Made by a program: the position numbers and the translations under genes. A DNA stretch of 15,627 nt from Candidatus Sumerlaeia bacterium (GTDB taxonomy: Bacteria > Sumerlaeota > Sumerlaeia > SLMS01): positions 1 through 15,627 of the forward strand of contig JBBQYG010000090.1 in NCBI GenBank assembly GCA_038208905.1, written 5' to 3'. Shown piece after piece: positions 13,801 to 15,627 of the stretch. How positions within the stretch are numbered: position 1 is the first letter of the stretch; the number at the start of each line of letters is the position of its first letter. The notes beneath the pieces are model-generated. The model was not told the origin of the DNA. It made no database searches and worked only from the letters and a program-made list of their open reading frames with translations.

Positions 13801-14800
13801 CGTGCTGCGCGTCGCGCTGCCCGACCGCTCCGGCCCCATCGGCAACTGGGATGGCACCGGCCACGGCAACGAGAACGGCCACCCGTGGATCGAGGGGAAC
13901 AACCCCGCCAACAGCTTCGGCTTCATCTCGCTTCCCGTGGAGATGGAACTCGCCGAGCCCAACACGCTCTACGAACTGACGATGGGCCTTACGACCAACG
14001 TAGAAAATCCCTTCCGCGTGCCGGTCACGCGCCTGCGCCTGAACACGGCCAACTTCGAGAAGGGCTCCACCTACGTCATCACCAGCGCCGGCGGATTCCA
14101 GCACACGCCGGGAACCTCCACCAGCCTGTATCGCATGTTGTTCATGCCGCCCGCGGAGTTCGCGACCACGACCGACGACGTCTCCGCGCGGTTCTTCGCC
14201 TCGCTCGACGTCCTCAGCTTCGAGGACCGCTTCGACCGCGCGCGTTTCCGCATCGAGAACGTCGCCGTCAGCCCCATCGCCTCCGACCGCATTGGCGTCG
14301 CGGCGGTGCTGGCGGAGGACGACTTCTCCAATGGCACCGACGGATGGACCCTGGGCGGCGCGCCCGATGTTTTCCCCGCGCCGTTCCATAGCTCCGAGCC
14401 CGGCGCGTTGACGATGGCGCCCTCGGGACGGAACGCATTCGGGTTCTGGACCAAGGACACCGGCGTCGCCGTCCAGCCGGGCCGCGTGTACCGCGCGCGG
14501 TTCCTGGCCCACACGACGACCGCCGACACGGCCCGCGTGCCACGGTTCCGCCTGCGCCTGAACACGTCGAGCTTCCAGCTCGCCACCACCGTCAACATCG
14601 ACCCCACGGGCCCGGCAACGGAGACCCTGCGCACCGAGTCGCGCGTGTACGACGTGTACGTCGTCGTCCCCGCCAACGATCCCGGCACCGACACCCTGCT
14701 GGCGTCCTTCGACCTGATGCACTTCGACGGCACCACCGAGCAGGACGCCGCCATCGTCCTGGAGCAGTTCATCCTGGAAGAGATCGCCATCGCCGAGTAG
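10868..14800 (+). CDS. Large secreted multidomain protein (1310 aa): ~10 DUF5666-like repeats, Pro/Thr linkers, duplicated C-terminal beta-rich domain
   Basis: ATG 10868 follows an AAGAGGTG RBS. Signal peptide ...KRLLCFLGLLALFAFRSVGA|QEP. Repeats follow the pattern (I/F)xGxIxxI...VxVxxxTxI....(F/L)xDLxVGxxVxVxG.....AxxIxx. Strong G/C third-position codon bias and a terminator right after TAG support the call. Confidence 0.85.
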   Translation: MFHSRCCLAVAKRLLCFLGLLALFAFRSVGAQEPTEPLPTELPPPITIEGNITAILEVVPQIYRGGFRMGEQTILVALDASIVGLNGDDVPFSNLAVGKRVVVVGRPGEGPANSTFGPPIIASQVNILGRTETPLPTPTIGEPTPTAPPTKTPEQPSRIDGVIAEIFEVVPAIYQGGFRLGTITATPGTAVMVGLDAEIVGPEGDALSFGDLTIGHRVVVDGRFLVSSITPGVNESTPPIATPTFVASRVKVLGTAPTATPRPSPTINPEPTPTIQPSPTAGEPIRREGTIAEFLIVPAIYQGGFRLGNSAGTIGLAVIVDLEARVIGRDGEPISFGDLTVGDRIEARGQFLPAPPPGPTEQIFAPTLIASEVRVLRNTETPRPTPTITPVETPRPSPTIRPTETPRPTFTPVGTPIGQPPIRIEGVVESISLQRSQFVVRGVLVRVTDGTELRDDGGTAFRLVDLMVGNRVIVTGAKAEEGVVIARLVLRLPRPTDPPPAEFTGAIAHIDYATRRLFAAGTNVNATSDTVVLNQDGRVIRFAELRVGDNIRVKGTYAPFPTLAEIAQPLLPEVTARSIELLRAPCLETVAEGDLAFSIGEDPAEGTSAERLWCVGERCFSIVSETEFSTARGEELTIADFAEGDRVAIKGCIRPDRGGIARHVVLLPEREEEPICRANISFAGIVSVVDTDTSTVVVGDRTVLVTEQTRITGRNEGRLALADVAVGDLAHVDAFSETNDTRSMMVACFIRLGDAPEPPPTIEHRIVGRIDSITTSPATLVVRETTITVSNETEIIGRRDGEFAFGDLTVGLLVDVRGLRSADGVLAAARIRVQEENLEPKPLLPIRGLITALALPASLTIGDRNVVLTAETEFIGPRGEAIDSSAILVGDAVVAFPDRGDNSLREVPPAFVAKRVRLNAAILESIGTDPNTITVAGERLAVTDATVLRDSATGDIAFADLVVGDLLRVRRNDGVATFVLRVALPDRSGPIGNWDGTGHGNENGHPWIEGNNPANSFGFISLPVEMELAEPNTLYELTMGLTTNVENPFRVPVTRLRLNTANFEKGSTYVITSAGGFQHTPGTSTSLYRMLFMPPAEFATTTDDVSARFFASLDVLSFEDRFDRARFRIENVAVSPIASDRIGVAAVLAEDDFSNGTDGWTLGGAPDVFPAPFHSSEPGALTMAPSGRNAFGFWTKDTGVAVQPGRVYRARFLAHTTTADTARVPRFRLRLNTSSFQLATTVNIDPTGPATETLRTESRVYDVYVVVPANDPGTDTLLASFDLMHFDGTTEQDAAIVLEQFILEEIAIAE
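12002..12103 (+). repeat. Degenerate 36-nt coding tandem repeat (Pro/Thr linker)
   Basis: It encodes TETPRPTPTITP / VETPRPSPTIRP / TETPRPTFTP, and each unit contains GAAACGCC near its start. Confidence 0.7.
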
Positions 14801-14820
14801 TCGGCCACGCCGCAGACAAG

Positions 14821-14856
14821 AACGCGCCGCCATCGGAAACGATGGCGGCGCGTTTT
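14821..14856 (+). terminator. Rho-independent terminator
   Basis: A perfect 15-bp stem AACGCGCCGCCATCG-GAAA-CGATGGCGGCGCGTT with a GNRA tetraloop ends in TTTT, 20 nt after the stop at 14800. Confidence 0.88.
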
Positions 14857-14905
14857 GCGTGCAGGGCTGCTTTCGAAATGTCATGGCCAGATACAAAAAC
14901 AGCGG

Positions 14906-15122
14906 TCACCACGGAGGACACAGAGATCACAGAGGATGTTTAGGCGATTGCGGGAACTTGTGGCACTCTTCCCTCTCCTGTAGCCTAAACCTTGATGCCA
15001 GTAGGGGAACAGAAATTGATCGTACGCAGATTTCGATTCCTCCCACCAGTCGGAAAATTCTGCCGCCAACATGCGCAATTGTGCCTCTTATTCCTTCGTG
15101 TTCTCTGTGTACTCTGTGGTGA
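14906..15122. repeat. 217-bp element bounded by 31-bp imperfect inverted repeats made of CACAGAG-type 9-mers (MITE-like)
   Basis: The left arm TCACCACGGAGGACACAGAGATCACAGAGGA (14906-14936) and the reverse complement of the right arm, TCACCACAGAGTACACAGAGAACACGAAGGA (15092-15122), are identical at 26/31. Confidence 0.75.
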
Positions 15123-15168
15123 ATACTTTTTTTAAACGCCGGATGGATATGACAATTCGAAAACAGAT

Positions 15169-15627
15169 CTATTGATCCCTAAGTGGCTGCGACATGGCGC
15201 GTTTCAACTCGGATTCCTCGCACCACGCCGTAACATGCCGTGCCGGATTGCTCAGTTGGATTTGCCCGCGAATCCAATTCTTGCCGTTGTAGGAGGCGTG
15301 GTGCTTTACGATGAAGGCGACCGGAGCGACCGCGTTTCTGCGAGTGCGCGCGTCAACGTCCGGTGGAAGATCCCAAACTGGGAGGTCTCCATAGGTTACA
15401 AAGACCTGATCTATTGCGAAGTTCAACTTCGGCACCGGAGTTCCGATCGGTTTTTGACTCGGCAGTGACGTTGGATTTGGGGGACGCTGGGCGGCAATGC
15501 TAGGGCGGCGGGTAGGCGCTTCTTTTGCGACCGGCGCTTGCGTCGAATTGAAGAACATCATAAACACGCACGGGACAATTACAATGGCTGCGAGAGTACC
15601 CACTACTGCAAGGACCACATTCGAGTT
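15169..15627 (-). CDS. Hypothetical membrane-anchored protein, 5'-truncated: TM helix, Pro-rich linker, possible SH3-like C-terminal domain
   Basis: The frame is open to the window edge (NSNVVLAVVGTLAAIVIVPCVFMMFF), so the true start is probably outside. Linker RPPNPTSLPSQKP. The C-terminal GKNWIRGQI...VTAWCEESEL resembles the W-x-x-V...GWV pattern of bacterial SH3 domains. Confidence 0.65.
   Translation of the reverse strand, partial: NSNVVLAVVGTLAAIVIVPCVFMMFFNSTQAPVAKEAPTRRPSIAAQRPPNPTSLPSQKPIGTPVPKLNFAIDQVFVTYGDLPVWDLPPDVDARTRRNAVAPVAFIVKHHASYNGKNWIRGQIQLSNPARHVTAWCEESELKRAMSQPLRDQ

Noticed and set aside
10991..14896. 1301-aa antisense ORF spanning the secreted-protein gene
   Set aside because: It is an in-register shadow of a gene with strong G/C third-position bias, where antisense stops are rare. 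The translation is Gly/Arg/Asp/Ala-rich with no motifs, and its 5' end crosses the terminator.
14859..15122. 87-aa (+) and 65-aa (-) ORFs inside the inverted-repeat element
   Set aside because: They have no convincing RBS or motifs, and HHGGHRDHRG and SLCTLW are simply translations of the repeat arms. No transposase or GxxExxY remnant is recognisable.

Overview
This is a high-GC bacterial window with three parts. (1) 344-3781 holds a tightly coupled AAA+ ATPase / S8 subtilisin-like protease pair of the ietAS type (toxin-antitoxin / anti-phage), with lower GC than its neighbours, followed by a small hypothetical ORF. (2) A minus-strand run reads tRNA-Val, tRNA-Asp, glnD, a ModF-like double ABC ATPase and a TolC/CzcC-family outer-membrane factor. 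(3) Divergent from it, tRNA-Arg(CCT) is followed by a 1310-aa secreted protein with about ten DUF5666-like repeats, Pro/Thr linkers and a duplicated C-terminal domain. After that come a strong terminator, a 217-bp inverted-repeat element and a truncated membrane-anchored ORF. The most notable non-genic structure is a mirror-image pair of ~100-bp REP-like palindrome doublets bracketing the divergent tRNA cluster, with a G-quadruplex-like tandem repeat between the tRNA promoters. No integrase, transposase or CRISPR array is visible. Family assignments come from motif recognition by eye, not from database searches. I found no demonstrably new system; the best candidates for follow-up are ranked in the findings.
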